DNA from: a bacterium
GTDB taxonomy: Bacteria > UBP18 > UBA7526
Assembly (NCBI GenBank): GCA_030615855.1
Contig: JAUWYL010000002.1
Location: forward strand, 68,423 to 132,422
Direction of reading: 5' to 3'
DNA length: 64,000 nucleotides
Shown here: one piece after another, positions 39,202-47,474 of the stretch
Layout: every line of letters starts with the position of its first letter
Position numbering within the stretch: the stretch's first letter is position 1
The notes under the pieces: model-generated
What the model saw: only the letters and a program-made list of their open reading frames with translations
Databases searched by the model: none
Told to the model about the DNA's origin: nothing
Made by a program: the position numbers and the translations under genes

Positions 39202-40505
39202 CTTTTCTTCCTCCTTTCCTTTACCTTTTTCTCCTTTATTCTTGCTCCTTTTACAATAAGTTCCAATGCTTTCTTTAATCTTATCTCTTCCCTTAAGCCA
39301 GCGAGATGGCTTCTCTCTTTGTTAAAAAAGTCTCTCAAATCTTCTTTTTTCTGGCCAGTGCTTAAAGCCATCTCCTCTGTTCTCTTCTCTATCTCTTCTT
39401 CATTTACTTTAATATTCTCTTGCTTTGCAATTTTCTCTAAGATGAGGGTGCTTTTTACCTTCCTCTCTGCGCTCGGGCGATACTTTTCCTTTAGCTTCGC
39501 CTCCTCAATCCCCATCCTCTTGGGATCTATGCCTTGATAGCGCATCCTGGTTAAGGTCTCCTCAAGCATAGCCTCCAGTTCCCTCTCAACCATGGCCGCT
39601 GGAAGAGGAAAGGGGGTCTTTTTTATCAACCAATCCATTAGGTTATTTCTTAAAAGTCTCTCACTGTGCTCTGTCTCATATTTTTCTAAATCCTTCTTAA
39701 TCCTCTTCTTCAGTTCCTCCAAGTTATTGAACTTTAAATCTTTAGCGAACTCATCATTGAGTTCAGGAAGTTTTTTTTCCTTAATCTCCTTTAAATTTAC
39801 CTTGAAGAGGACCTCTTTTCCTACTAATTCTTCATTATGATAATTCTTGGGAAAACTTACCTTGATCTCTTTCTCCTCTCCTTTTTTCAGACCAATCAAC
39901 TGATCCTCGAAATTACTGACTAAAGTCTTGGAGCCGATCTCTAAGGAGAAGTTCTTGGCCTCATTATCCTTGAAGGACTTTCCCTCTATGCTCCCTATAA
40001 AATCGATGATTACCCAGTCCCCCTTCTTCGCCGGCCGATTTTTTATACTAGTAAATTCTGCGTGCCTATGCTGAAGCCTCTCCAGGGCACGATTGATATC
40101 CTCTCCTGTGACTATCTTGATGATTCTTTTCGCTTTGAGCCCTTTATACTTTTTTAAAGTGATCTTCGGTTTTATTTCCACAGTGGCCTTAAAACTCAAG
40201 GGCTCATTATCTTCATACTTTACTTCTTCTATCTTAGGCGGGGAGCAAGGAACAAAATCATTCTCCTTTAGAGCCTTTTGGCAGGCATCAGGAAGGAGTC
40301 GGTCCAGGGCATCTGCTTTTAGGCTTCTGGCAAAATAGGTCTTCAGGACATCGAGGGGAACCTTCCCCCTCCGGAACCCAGGTAGCTTGGCTTTCTTCTG
40401 CAGATCGATATAGAGGTTATCAAGTTCTTTTTTAACTTTATCTGGGGGAACCTCTATTTTCAGAGCTACCTTGCATTCTCCCAGTCTCTCTACTTGCGCT
40501 TTCAT
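39198..40505 (-). CDS. tig: Trigger factor
   Basis: 435 aa with an N-terminal ribosome-binding motif (GFRRGKVP) and a central FKBP-like domain. Confidence 0.85.
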   Translation of the reverse strand: MKAQVERLGECKVALKIEVPPDKVKKELDNLYIDLQKKAKLPGFRRGKVPLDVLKTYFARSLKADALDRLLPDACQKALKENDFVPCSPPKIEEVKYEDNEPLSFKATVEIKPKITLKKYKGLKAKRIIKIVTGEDINRALERLQHRHAEFTSIKNRPAKKGDWVIIDFIGSIEGKSFKDNEAKNFSLEIGSKTLVSNFEDQLIGLKKGEEKEIKVSFPKNYHNEELVGKEVLFKVNLKEIKEKKLPELNDEFAKDLKFNNLEELKKRIKKDLEKYETEHSERLLRNNLMDWLIKKTPFPLPAAMVERELEAMLEETLTRMRYQGIDPKRMGIEEAKLKEKYRPSAERKVKSTLILEKIAKQENIKVNEEEIEKRTEEMALSTGQKKEDLRDFFNKERSHLAGLREEIRLKKALELIVKGARIKEKKVKERRKKR

Positions 40506-40522
40506 AGTTATCCTTGCATTCT

Positions 40523-40581
40523 TGGTGCGGACGGAGGGAGTCGAACCCCCAAGCCAAAAGGCATACGGTCCTAAGCCGTAG
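40523..40581 (-). pseudogene. Partial tRNA: the 3' two-thirds of a Leu(TAG)-like tRNA (anticodon arm, long variable arm, T-arm, acceptor 3' strand plus CCA) with no intact 5' half
   Basis: The reverse complement reads ..CTACGG CTTAGGA CCGTA..GGGGG TTCGACT CCCTC CGTCCGC A CCA. No complementary 5' acceptor strand is present upstream. Confidence 0.5.
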
Positions 40582-40617
40582 CGCCCCGCCCCATTTCCCC
40601 TACCTTATATTGCATTG

Positions 40618-40699
40618 TGGGCGAGAAAGGACTCGAACCTCCACGGGTTTCCCCACATGGTCCTAAGCCATGCGCGTCTACCAGTTCCGCCACTCGCCC
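40618..40699 (-). tRNA. tRNA-Leu (anticodon TAG)
   Basis: The reverse complement is GGGCGAG TG GCGG AACTGGTAGA CGCG CATGG CTTAGGA CCATG TGGGGAAACCCGTG GAGG TTCGAGT CCTT TCTCGCCC A. It has a long variable arm and CCA is not encoded. Confidence 0.8.
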
Positions 40700-40904
40700 A
40701 AAATTACTTATTGTTCGATTAATGAATGGGGCGGGGTAAATCTACCAATGGAGTTTATCCCGCACATTTATTGTGCGGGGCCACGTCCGCCCGCCTTCGT
40801 CCAACTTCTGCCTCTTTTCAGAGTAGACTTCGGCGGGCAAGCTTATTAAGATGGCTCGCCATCCGAAGCCTGCTACCTTAAAAATTCAGAAACAAGGCGA
40901 AGGA

Positions 40905-40980
40905 TGGTACCCCCACCAGGGCTCGAACCTGGGACACCCTGATTAAGAGTCAGGTGCTCTTCCAACTGAGCTATGGGGGC
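40905..40980 (-). tRNA. tRNA-Lys (anticodon CTT)
   Basis: The reverse complement is GCCCCCA TA GCTC AGTTGGAAG AGCA C CTGAC TCTTAAT CAGGG TGTCC CAGG TTCGAGC CCTG GTGGGGGT A CCA. Confidence 0.8.
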
Positions 40981-40982
40981 TG

Positions 40983-41012
40983 GTCCCGTTGATAACTTCG
41001 TATCTACGGGAC
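40983..41012. promoter_or_regulatory. 30-bp hairpin motif GTCCCGT-TGATAACTTCGTATCT-ACGGGAC immediately 5' of tRNA-Lys
   Basis: It has a 7-bp perfect stem and a 16-nt loop. A near-identical copy sits at 57528-57557 (27 of 30 nt match). It is flanked on one side by tRNA-Lys and on the other by a tRNA-Arg 3' fragment. Confidence 0.5.
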
Positions 41013-41030
41013 TGGCGCGCCTGGTAGGAT
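41012..41030 (-). pseudogene. tRNA-Arg(TCT)-like 3'-end fragment (part of the T-stem, the acceptor 3' strand and CCA)
   Basis: The reverse complement is AATCCTACCAGGCGCGCCA. The intact tRNA-Arg(TCT) 3' end reads AATCCTGCCGGGCGCGCCA. The fragment abuts the 30-bp hairpin motif. Confidence 0.45.
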
Positions 41031-41177
41031 TTTTACCCCGTTAGATGTTCTTGTCTCACTCGCCTCGCCTACTCCCTTAGATGGATGCTACGCCTATCTC
41101 ACGGGATAAACGACACAATCTATCTAACGGGGCGGGCCCACGACCTAGTGGTCCGACCTCGCCAAATGCGACTCTAG

Positions 41178-41251
41178 CGCCTCCGGAGGGAGTCGAACCC
41201 CCAACTTTGTGGTCCGAAGCCACACGCTCTATCCAATTGAGCTACGGAGGC
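41178..41251 (-). tRNA. tRNA-Arg (anticodon TCG)
   Basis: The reverse complement is GCCTCCG TA GCTC AATTGGAT AGAGC G TGTGG CTTCGGA CCACA AAGTT GGGGG TTCGACT CCCTC CGGAGGC G. Confidence 0.8.
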
Positions 41252-41255
41252 ATTT

Positions 41256-41284
41256 GCGGGGCTAATCCGCTGAGCTACAGGCGC
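41256..41284 (-). pseudogene. tRNA 5' fragment (Arg-TCT-like acceptor and D-arm: GCGCCTGTAGCTCAGCGGATTAGCCCCGC)
   Basis: It is identical over the first 16 nt to the 5' end of the intact tRNA-Arg(TCT) at 41672-41748. No anticodon or T-arm follows. Confidence 0.45.
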
Positions 41285-41461
41285 TGAAACACGGATAGGC
41301 ACAGATTTCAGACACAGATGATCACAGATTTACAACAATGCGCTTCGCCTGCCTCGTCTAAACAAGAACCTGACTTCGTTAGAACCTTGTTTATCCGCGG
41401 AAATCCGTAATCCATCCGTGCTAATCTGTGTTCTGGGGTGGCTGATCCCGATTTTACTTAT

Positions 41462-41539
41462 TGGGGTGAGCGAGGGGACTCGAACCCCCGACCACTTGAG
41501 CCACAGTCAAGTGCTCTAACCAACTGAGCTACGCTCACC
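41462..41539 (-). tRNA. tRNA-His (anticodon GTG) with a genomically encoded G-1
   Basis: The reverse complement is G GTGAGCG TA GCTC AGTTGGTTA GAGC A CTTGA CTGTGGC TCAAG TGGTC GGGGG TTCGAGT CCCCT CGCTCAC C CCA. The extra 5' G pairs with C73, the hallmark of tRNA-His. Confidence 0.8.
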
Positions 41540-41563
41540 ATTTTACTAAAATTAAAATCGGGA

Positions 41564-41613
41564 CGACCACCTGGGCCACAACCAGGTGCTCTAACCAACT
41601 GAGCTATAGCCAC
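41564..41613 (-). pseudogene. Truncated tRNA-His(GTG)-like copy (acceptor 5' strand, D-arm and anticodon arm; no T-arm or 3' acceptor)
   Basis: The reverse complement is GGTGGCT AT AGCTCAGTTGGTTAGAGCAC CTGG TTGTGGC CCAGG TGGTCG. It then diverges into AT-rich sequence. It lies 25 nt upstream of the intact tRNA-His. Confidence 0.5.
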
Positions 41614-41671
41614 CAAATTTTTGTCCCACAAAAATTTGATCTTGAACCATCCCTCGCTTATCAGTTCGGGA

Positions 41672-41748
<77 letters not shown>

Positions 41749-41810
41749 CTCGTCACTGGCATTCCCTGTTAGGCAAAGTTCTAGCTAGGCTACCCTTTGG
41801 CATAAAAGAT

Positions 41811-42560
41811 TTATCGCCAAGCATGAAAAACCATTCTGTTCTGTTGGATTGCCTGAAAGAATGGCCGGCGGGGCTTTTTTATCTTACGACGGATAGCTCT
41901 CGCCACTCTGCGGGAAAGAGAGCGGTATTGTGAAACTATCCTAATCTTTCGGAATCCAACAGTTTTTAACATAGCTTCCACAGCAGCAGGATTTGGCCCC
42001 CACCAACTCGTTGGATCATTCGATAATTCTGCTTCAGGATAAAACCTCATGACTGGACATTTAGTCAAAGCCATGTCTACATATGTCTCTAGTACCAATT
42101 GATCTCCAGTGACATTGAAAACTCGTTCAAGAGCAAAAAGGGGGTGACGTAAATGATAAAGCACTCCCAGTAATAGAACTAAATCAAAAACACCGACTTT
42201 ATCAGGAGAAATGTCATACACATCCATTTCCATATCCTCAACTTTGGAATTGAGAGTTTTCCGTGCAAGCTCAAAACCTGCCTTCGTACCCCATCCTTCT
42301 CTATTTTCTTCATTCCAACAAGGTAAATCAGTTGCCAGAACACGCTTGGCTCCGCGACGCTCCGCTTCAAATGAATAAAATCCATCCCAAGCACCTATAT
42401 CAAGCACGGTCTTTCCTCGTAGATTTTCAGGAAGTTTAAGTATCTTTTTCCAGTCTTTACGAGGATCAATACAGCCAGGTGTTATTACTCCATTCCCTAA
42501 GTCAATCGTGTGCCACCACTTGATTTTCGCTACTTCTTTTTTTAAATCATTTATATTCAT
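41811..42560 (-). CDS. Class I SAM-dependent methyltransferase (TIGR04290-like)
   Basis: 249 aa: MNINDLKKEVAKIKWWHTIDLGNGVITPG... Motif I is VLDIGAWDG. Confidence 0.6.
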   Translation of the reverse strand: MNINDLKKEVAKIKWWHTIDLGNGVITPGCIDPRKDWKKILKLPENLRGKTVLDIGAWDGFYSFEAERRGAKRVLATDLPCWNEENREGWGTKAGFELARKTLNSKVEDMEMDVYDISPDKVGVFDLVLLLGVLYHLRHPLFALERVFNVTGDQLVLETYVDMALTKCPVMRFYPEAELSNDPTSWWGPNPAAVEAMLKTVGFRKIRIVSQYRSLSRRVARAIRRKIKKPRRPFFQAIQQNRMVFHAWR

Positions 42561-42788
42561 AATACCCTTCCTCCCTATGGAATTTCGTCTAACGGAAAAT
42601 AATTGAGATACTTCGTTTATGTCCAGTTCTCACTTTTTATCCGTGCTTATTCGTGTCGTTATCCGTGTTCGTGGTCGGGGTGCCGAGATTTGCCCGCCTC
42701 CGCCAGAGGCGGATGAGCCTCGGGCTCAAGAGGTGGATCCGCCTTCAGCGGAAACTTGGACCTGTCCGATTGAGCCAATCTAATTTAA

Positions 42789-42867
42789 TGGTCGGGAAGG
42801 CGGGATTCGAACCCGCGACCTCGTGCTCCCAAAGCACGCGCGCTAATCCAAGCTGCGCCACTTCCCG
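42789..42867 (-). tRNA. tRNA-Pro (anticodon GGG)
   Basis: The reverse complement is CGGGAAG TG GCGC AGCTTGGATTA GCGC G CGTGC TTTGGGA GCACG AGGTC GCGGG TTCGAAT CCCGC CTTCCCG A CCA. The C1:G72 pair is typical of bacterial tRNA-Pro. Confidence 0.8.
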
Positions 42868-42887
42868 TCATTCGGGCTCAATCGGAC

Positions 42888-42960
42888 CGCGCTAAGCCAA
42901 ACTGCGCCACACCCCGATTCCGACCATCGGGACGCCTAAGTCGAACTGCGCCACTTCCCG
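42888..42960 (-). pseudogene. Two tandem tRNA-Pro-like 5' fragments (acceptor and D-arm only)
   Basis: The reverse complements are CGGGGTGTGGCGCAGTTTGGCTTAGCGCG and CGGGAAGTGGCGCAGTTCGACTTAGGCGTC. Each matches the first 25-28 nt of tRNA-Pro and neither continues into an anticodon arm. Confidence 0.5.
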
Positions 42961-42963
42961 TTG

Positions 42964-43545
42964 TTAAAGCATTTCTTCTAATATTTTTTTTGCCTTTCGG
43001 AAGGCCTGAGATCTGTGGCTGATTCTATTCTTAATCTCTGGGCCTAGTTCAGCGAAGGTCTTATTATATCTGGAAGCAATAAAGACGGGATCAAAGCCAA
43101 AACCCGCCCCTCCCCTCTCTTTAAAGGCGATCCTTCCTCGATATTTGCCCTCTACTACCCGGACTTTTCCATCTGGGGTGGCAATGCCTACCGCGCATCT
43201 GAAGGTCGCGCCCCTTTTATTGGCGGGAACATCTTTCAATAATTTTAGAAGTTTCCTATTTCTTTCCCTATCATTTCTGGCGAATCTGGCAGAATAGATC
43301 CCCGGCCTCCCTCCTAAGGCATCTACCTCCAGGCCAGAGTCGTCTGCCAATGAAATCCTTCTTGTTAAGCGAACAACCGCTCTTGCCTTGAGGGTGGCAT
43401 TCTCTGAAAAACTCCTCCCCTTCTCCTCTATCTCTTTGATCTCGGGGAAATCTTTCAGGGATAGAAATTCTACTTTTAATCCTTTTAGAATCTCTCTTAT
43501 CTCTTTTGCTTTCTTGAGGTTCCTGGTTGCTAAAACTATTTGCAC
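42964..43545 (-). CDS. rdgB: Non-canonical purine NTP pyrophosphatase (dITP/XTP pyrophosphatase, RdgB/Ham1 family)
   Basis: 193 aa: [14 protein letters not shown]...[25 protein letters not shown]. Confidence 0.8.
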   Translation of the reverse strand: MQIVLATRNLKKAKEIREILKGLKVEFLSLKDFPEIKEIEEKGRSFSENATLKARAVVRLTRRISLADDSGLEVDALGGRPGIYSARFARNDRERNRKLLKLLKDVPANKRGATFRCAVGIATPDGKVRVVEGKYRGRIAFKERGGAGFGFDPVFIASRYNKTFAELGPEIKNRISHRSQAFRKAKKILEEML

Positions 43546-44264
43546 GGAAGCTTTCCTAAAGCCTCTTTTTGGATAGCGATTAGTTTTTCAATCCCCTTGC
43601 TTGCCAAACCGATTAGTCTCTCCATCTCGGACTTCGTGAAGGGGTGCTCCTCTGCTGTCCCCTGAACTTCAACGAACTTCCTTTCTCCCGTCATGACCAC
43701 ATTAATATCTACGCTTGCCTTGGAATCCTCTTTATAGGTGAGGTCGAGAAGAGACTTACCATCCACAATTCCTACGCTGGTGGCGGCCACAAAGTCTCTT
43801 ATTGGCCAAGAGGTTATCTTGCCTTCTTTCTTCAGCCATTTCAGGGCATCGATTAAGGCAACGAAGGCCCCAGTAATACTCGCCGTCCTCGTTCCCCCAT
43901 CTGCCTGTATAACATCGCAGTCTAACCAGATGGTTCTCTCTCCTAAGGCCTTTAAATCGACCACTGCCCTTAAGGACCTGCCGATTAGCCTCTGAATCTC
44001 ATGGGTCCTGCCCTTTAAGATTCCTCTTTCTCCTTCCCGCCTGATGCGCGTGCTACTCGATCTGGGAAGCATACTATACTCTGCGGTGATCCAGCCTTCT
44101 TCCAATCCCCTTAAGAAGGGGGGAACCCTCTCTTCAATAGAGGCGGTACAGATGACCTTGGTATCCCCCACTTCGATGAGGCAGGAGCCCTCTGCAGGCT
44201 TGATGTAGTTTCTAGTAATCTTTACCTTACGTATCCTATCTGGTGCTCTACCATCAGCACGCAT
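43536..44264 (-). CDS. rph: Ribonuclease PH
   Basis: 242 aa: [19 protein letters not shown]...[17 protein letters not shown]. Confidence 0.85.
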   Translation of the reverse strand: MRADGRAPDRIRKVKITRNYIKPAEGSCLIEVGDTKVICTASIEERVPPFLRGLEEGWITAEYSMLPRSSSTRIRREGERGILKGRTHEIQRLIGRSLRAVVDLKALGERTIWLDCDVIQADGGTRTASITGAFVALIDALKWLKKEGKITSWPIRDFVAATSVGIVDGKSLLDLTYKEDSKASVDINVVMTGERKFVEVQGTAEEHPFTKSEMERLIGLASKGIEKLIAIQKEALGKLPCK

Positions 44265-44825
44265 TTATTCTCTCCTAAAAAGGCTCTTTCCTTTGGTATC
44301 AACAGCTACTATCACTGGAAAGTCTTCTACCTCTAATCGGTAGATCGCCTCTGGCCCCAAATCGGGATAGGCAATTACCTTTGCCTCTTTTATATATCGA
44401 GAAAGAAGGGCCCCACACCCTCCCGGGGCAGCGAAGTAGACTGCCTGATGCCTCTTCATGGCCTCCCTAACTTCTTGGGAACGCTCCCCCTTGCCCATCA
44501 TTCCTCTGAGGCCCTTCTTTAATAGGGGAATGGTATAGGGATCCATTCTAAAACTGGTGGTTGGGCCAGCCGAACCAATGACCTTTCCTGGCCGGACGGG
44601 AGTTGGCCCGGTATAGTAAAGAATCTGATCCCTTATAGGAATGGGTAAAGATTTCCTTTTCAAAGCTGCTATCAGTCTTTTATGGCTGGCATCCCGGGCA
44701 GTATAGATAGTTCCTGAAATCCTTACCCTATCCCCCACCCTCAATTTTTTCACTTTTTCTACGGTTAAAGGAGTTTCTAATTTATAACTTGTTTTTCGCA
44801 TCTTCTCACTTTTCCACCTGCCCAC
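44265..44825 (-). CDS. Fe-S hydro-lyase beta subunit (class I fumarate hydratase / L(+)-tartrate dehydratase beta, FumB C-terminal-domain type)
   Basis: 186 aa: GDRVRISGTIYTARDASHKRL...YFAAPGGCGALLS. Confidence 0.75.
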   Translation of the reverse strand: MGRWKSEKMRKTSYKLETPLTVEKVKKLRVGDRVRISGTIYTARDASHKRLIAALKRKSLPIPIRDQILYYTGPTPVRPGKVIGSAGPTTSFRMDPYTIPLLKKGLRGMMGKGERSQEVREAMKRHQAVYFAAPGGCGALLSRYIKEAKVIAYPDLGPEAIYRLEVEDFPVIVAVDTKGKSLFRRE

Positions 44826-44838
44826 TTCCCCATTTTCC

Positions 44839-45672
44839 CTAGATTATCTTTCGAGCGTATCTCAGGGCATGGCAGTTGATGTTGACCGCTACCGGTAATC
44901 CAGCGATATGGGTGGGGAAGGTCTCGATATGGACCGCAAGAGAGGTGACCTTTCCTCCCAGGCCAGAAGGACCGATGCCCAATCCATTGATCTTCTTAAG
45001 TAACTCCTTCTCTAAGAATCTAATCTCTTTCTTAGCATGATGCCTTCCTAGGGGACGCAGGAGGGCCTCCTTTGCCAGGAGACTAGATTTCTCTAAAGTT
45101 CCCCCAATTCCTACCCCAACTACAATCGGGGGACAGGGATCGGCGCCCGCCTCCCTCACCTTCTCCAAGACGAACTCCACAACCCCTTTTCTACCCTGAG
45201 AGGGCAGAAGCATTCTGGTTGCCGAAACATTTTCGCTCCCAAAGCCCTTAATGAAGACAGCGATCTTTAGCCTTTTCCCTTTCACTATCTTAGTATGGAT
45301 AATGGCTGGGGTATTATTTTTGGTATTTTTTCTATCCAGAGGACTAACGATGGACTTTCTAAGGTAACCTTCTCTGTATCCTTTCCTCACTCCTTCCTGA
45401 ATGGCCTCCTCCAGATCCTCGATCCTTATCCCTTCTCCTATCTCTAAGAAGACCTCTACCATTCCGGTATCCTGACAGAGAGGATATACTCCCTCTTCTG
45501 CTATTCGGGCATTTTCAATTAACTGGCTCAGGACCTCTCTTCCCAGAGAAGAATTTTCCCTTCTCCTGGCTCTTCTTAGAGCCTGGATTACTTCTTTTGG
45601 TAACTGGTAGTTTGCTTCAATACATAACTGGGCTACTACATCCCTGATCCTTTCAGGGCCAATCCTTCTCAT
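44839..45672 (-). CDS. Fe-S hydro-lyase alpha subunit (class I fumarate hydratase / tartrate dehydratase alpha)
   Basis: 277 aa: YPLCQDTGMVEVFLEIG, the Cys-ligand region typical of FumA-N/TtdA. Confidence 0.75.
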   Translation of the reverse strand: MRRIGPERIRDVVAQLCIEANYQLPKEVIQALRRARRRENSSLGREVLSQLIENARIAEEGVYPLCQDTGMVEVFLEIGEGIRIEDLEEAIQEGVRKGYREGYLRKSIVSPLDRKNTKNNTPAIIHTKIVKGKRLKIAVFIKGFGSENVSATRMLLPSQGRKGVVEFVLEKVREAGADPCPPIVVGVGIGGTLEKSSLLAKEALLRPLGRHHAKKEIRFLEKELLKKINGLGIGPSGLGGKVTSLAVHIETFPTHIAGLPVAVNINCHALRYARKII

Positions 45673-46460
45673 ACTCTCTCTACCTTTTCAATCTCTTTCC
45701 CTAAAAATATTTTGCCCAGGCGAGCAAACCTCTCTGGGGCATCGCTCACAAAGAAGGAATGTCTGGGAACTCCTTCCCTCGCCAGCAGATTTTTCTCCTC
45801 CAGTATTCTCTTAAGTCTCCCAACGGTTGCTCGGGCAGAGTCAATCAGGGAAACCTCTCCCATGACCTGAGTAATCTCTTTTTTCAACAGAGGGTAGTGG
45901 GTACACCCCAGGATGAGAGTATCTATCTCCTCCTCCTTTAAGGGTTCCAGATACTCCCTTACAATGAGACGGGTCGCTTCTTTCTCTATCCAACCTTCTT
46001 CCACCAGGGGAACGAAGAGGGGACAGGGCTTCTCAATCACAAAGGCCTCTGGTTCTAATCTCTTCAATTCCTTGGCATATGCCCCACTTTTTATGGTCCC
46101 ATAGGTTCCGATCACCCCGATCCTCTTATTCTTGGTGACCCTTAAGGCCTCTCCTGCCCCGGGCCTGATGACCCCGATGATGGGAATGGGGTTTTCTTCC
46201 CTCATCTCTTCTAAAGTAAAAGCGGATGCGGTATGGCAGGCAAGGATGACGGCCTTTATCTTCTTTTTGAGAAGAAAGTGAATATTATCTCGTACTAGAC
46301 GTTTGATGGTTTGAAAGGATTTTGGGCCATAGGGGAGATGGGCGGTATCCCCGAAATAGACGATATCCTCCTGAGGAAGTTGCCTTATGATCTCCTTTAC
46401 TACCGTCAGTCCTCCCACCCCAGAATCGAAGACCCCAATGGGCCGATCATCCATATTCAA
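45669..46460 (-). CDS. murI: Glutamate racemase
   Basis: It has the two catalytic Cys contexts VFDSGVGGLTV..ACHTAS and LGCTHYP. Confidence 0.85.
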   Translation of the reverse strand: MNMDDRPIGVFDSGVGGLTVVKEIIRQLPQEDIVYFGDTAHLPYGPKSFQTIKRLVRDNIHFLLKKKIKAVILACHTASAFTLEEMREENPIPIIGVIRPGAGEALRVTKNKRIGVIGTYGTIKSGAYAKELKRLEPEAFVIEKPCPLFVPLVEEGWIEKEATRLIVREYLEPLKEEEIDTLILGCTHYPLLKKEITQVMGEVSLIDSARATVGRLKRILEEKNLLAREGVPRHSFFVSDAPERFARLGKIFLGKEIEKVERV

Positions 46461-46528
46461 TCCTTACTTGGTAAAATACTAAATTTAACGCATTGAATCC
46501 TGCTGGACTTAATTCCCAATAAAATTCT

Positions 46529-46710
46529 TAATGCCCCAAAAGGAAATAAGTAGATCAGAGAATCAGGGTATCAGTAGGAAGGGTATCAGAAGACCAGAGT
46601 ATCAGGCTTGAAAGAAGAATTTTCTGATGTTCTGATATTCTGCCCACTGATTTGCTGCATTCAGAGCATCGCGAAGAATTTAGCCAGCTTGTCTGGCGTC
46701 TATTCTGATA
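46529..46710. repeat. Composite dispersed repeat, copy B, including the left copy of a 56-bp inverted repeat (46655-46710)
   Basis: The block CTGCATTCAGAGCATCGCGAAGAATTTAGCCAGCTTGTCTGGCGTCTAT is about 90% identical to the reverse complement of 49481-49539. Confidence 0.75.
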
Positions 46711-46887
46711 TGCTTTTTACCTTGTTGGAAATTGCCCGTCCTCCGTAGAAGTAGAACTCCCGGCCTTCGTAGCCGAAGGCTACTTCGGCGGAGTAGGCTC
46801 TACTTCGGAGGATGGAGATATTAGACATTAGAAATTTAATGCGTTTGTTTAGAGTTTCGGATTTAGGATTTCGAGTTTCTATTTCTT

Positions 46888-47436
46888 TTAATACTCAACA
46901 ATTGTGCTATTTCGAGGGAAGGATTTGGTAGTATCAATGTGGCCGGCCAGGGTTTCGATGGTTGCGCCCTCAACTAAAATCTGAACCCTCTCTATCTCCT
47001 CAAGATTGTCTATCAGGGTATTGACCAGGGAATAGATAGTGAGAAGCTCTCCTGCACTTCCTCCGGGATGATTGGTCTGAAAGGCCTGATTAAAGTCCAA
47101 ATAAACACATTTCTCCTCAGGAACGATGTATAGCTCACGCAACTGAGTCTCTGGGGGAATGGTGGGATCCAGATTCCCCCGGGGACCCTTAATAAGTTCC
47201 TCAACCAGTGCCTTTGCCTCATCAGTTATCCTCTCTTCCCTCAATATTCTTCGTGCCTCAATCCTGAGATAGTCGGCATCTGGAGAGGCGAAGTAGAGCC
47301 GGACCAATTTGACATTCTCCTCTGGAGCAAGAAAGGGGATGCGATAGAATACCCTCTCCCTTTGGGAGATCAAAAGAACAACGACCATTAAAAGAATTGA
47401 GATTCCCAGAATTATTATGACTCTTTTCCTCTTCAA
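46888..47436 (-). CDS. GerMN-domain protein (germane/sporulation-spore-germination-like lipoprotein domain), membrane-anchored
   Basis: 182 aa with an N-terminal TM, a VKLVRLYF...LVEELIKGP GerMN-type pattern, and the classic adjacency to an amidase. Confidence 0.55.
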   Translation of the reverse strand: MKRKRVIIILGISILLMVVVLLISQRERVFYRIPFLAPEENVKLVRLYFASPDADYLRIEARRILREERITDEAKALVEELIKGPRGNLDPTIPPETQLRELYIVPEEKCVYLDFNQAFQTNHPGGSAGELLTIYSLVNTLIDNLEEIERVQILVEGATIETLAGHIDTTKSFPRNSTIVEY

Positions 47437-47474
47437 AACTTTCTCCCTATATACCGATCACCGATCACTGTTCA

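Noticed and set aside
40700-40904. The 205-bp and 160-bp spacers between tRNA genes read as SRP RNA, 6S RNA or RNase P RNA
   Set aside because: None of the conserved cores I know were found (SRP domain IV GGAA/AGCAG motif; RNase P P4 and the GGUGCGGUAAGAGCGCACC-like core). The spacers instead contain local hairpins and GGGGCGGG-type motifs. They are left unassigned.
40983-41012. loxP-arm-like ATAACTTCGTAT inside the 30-bp hairpin read as a true Cre/lox-type site
   Set aside because: Only one arm-like segment exists, with no inverted second arm at an 8-bp spacer, and no tyrosine recombinase gene lies nearby. The resemblance is most likely a coincidence in AT-rich sequence. The hairpin itself is still reported.
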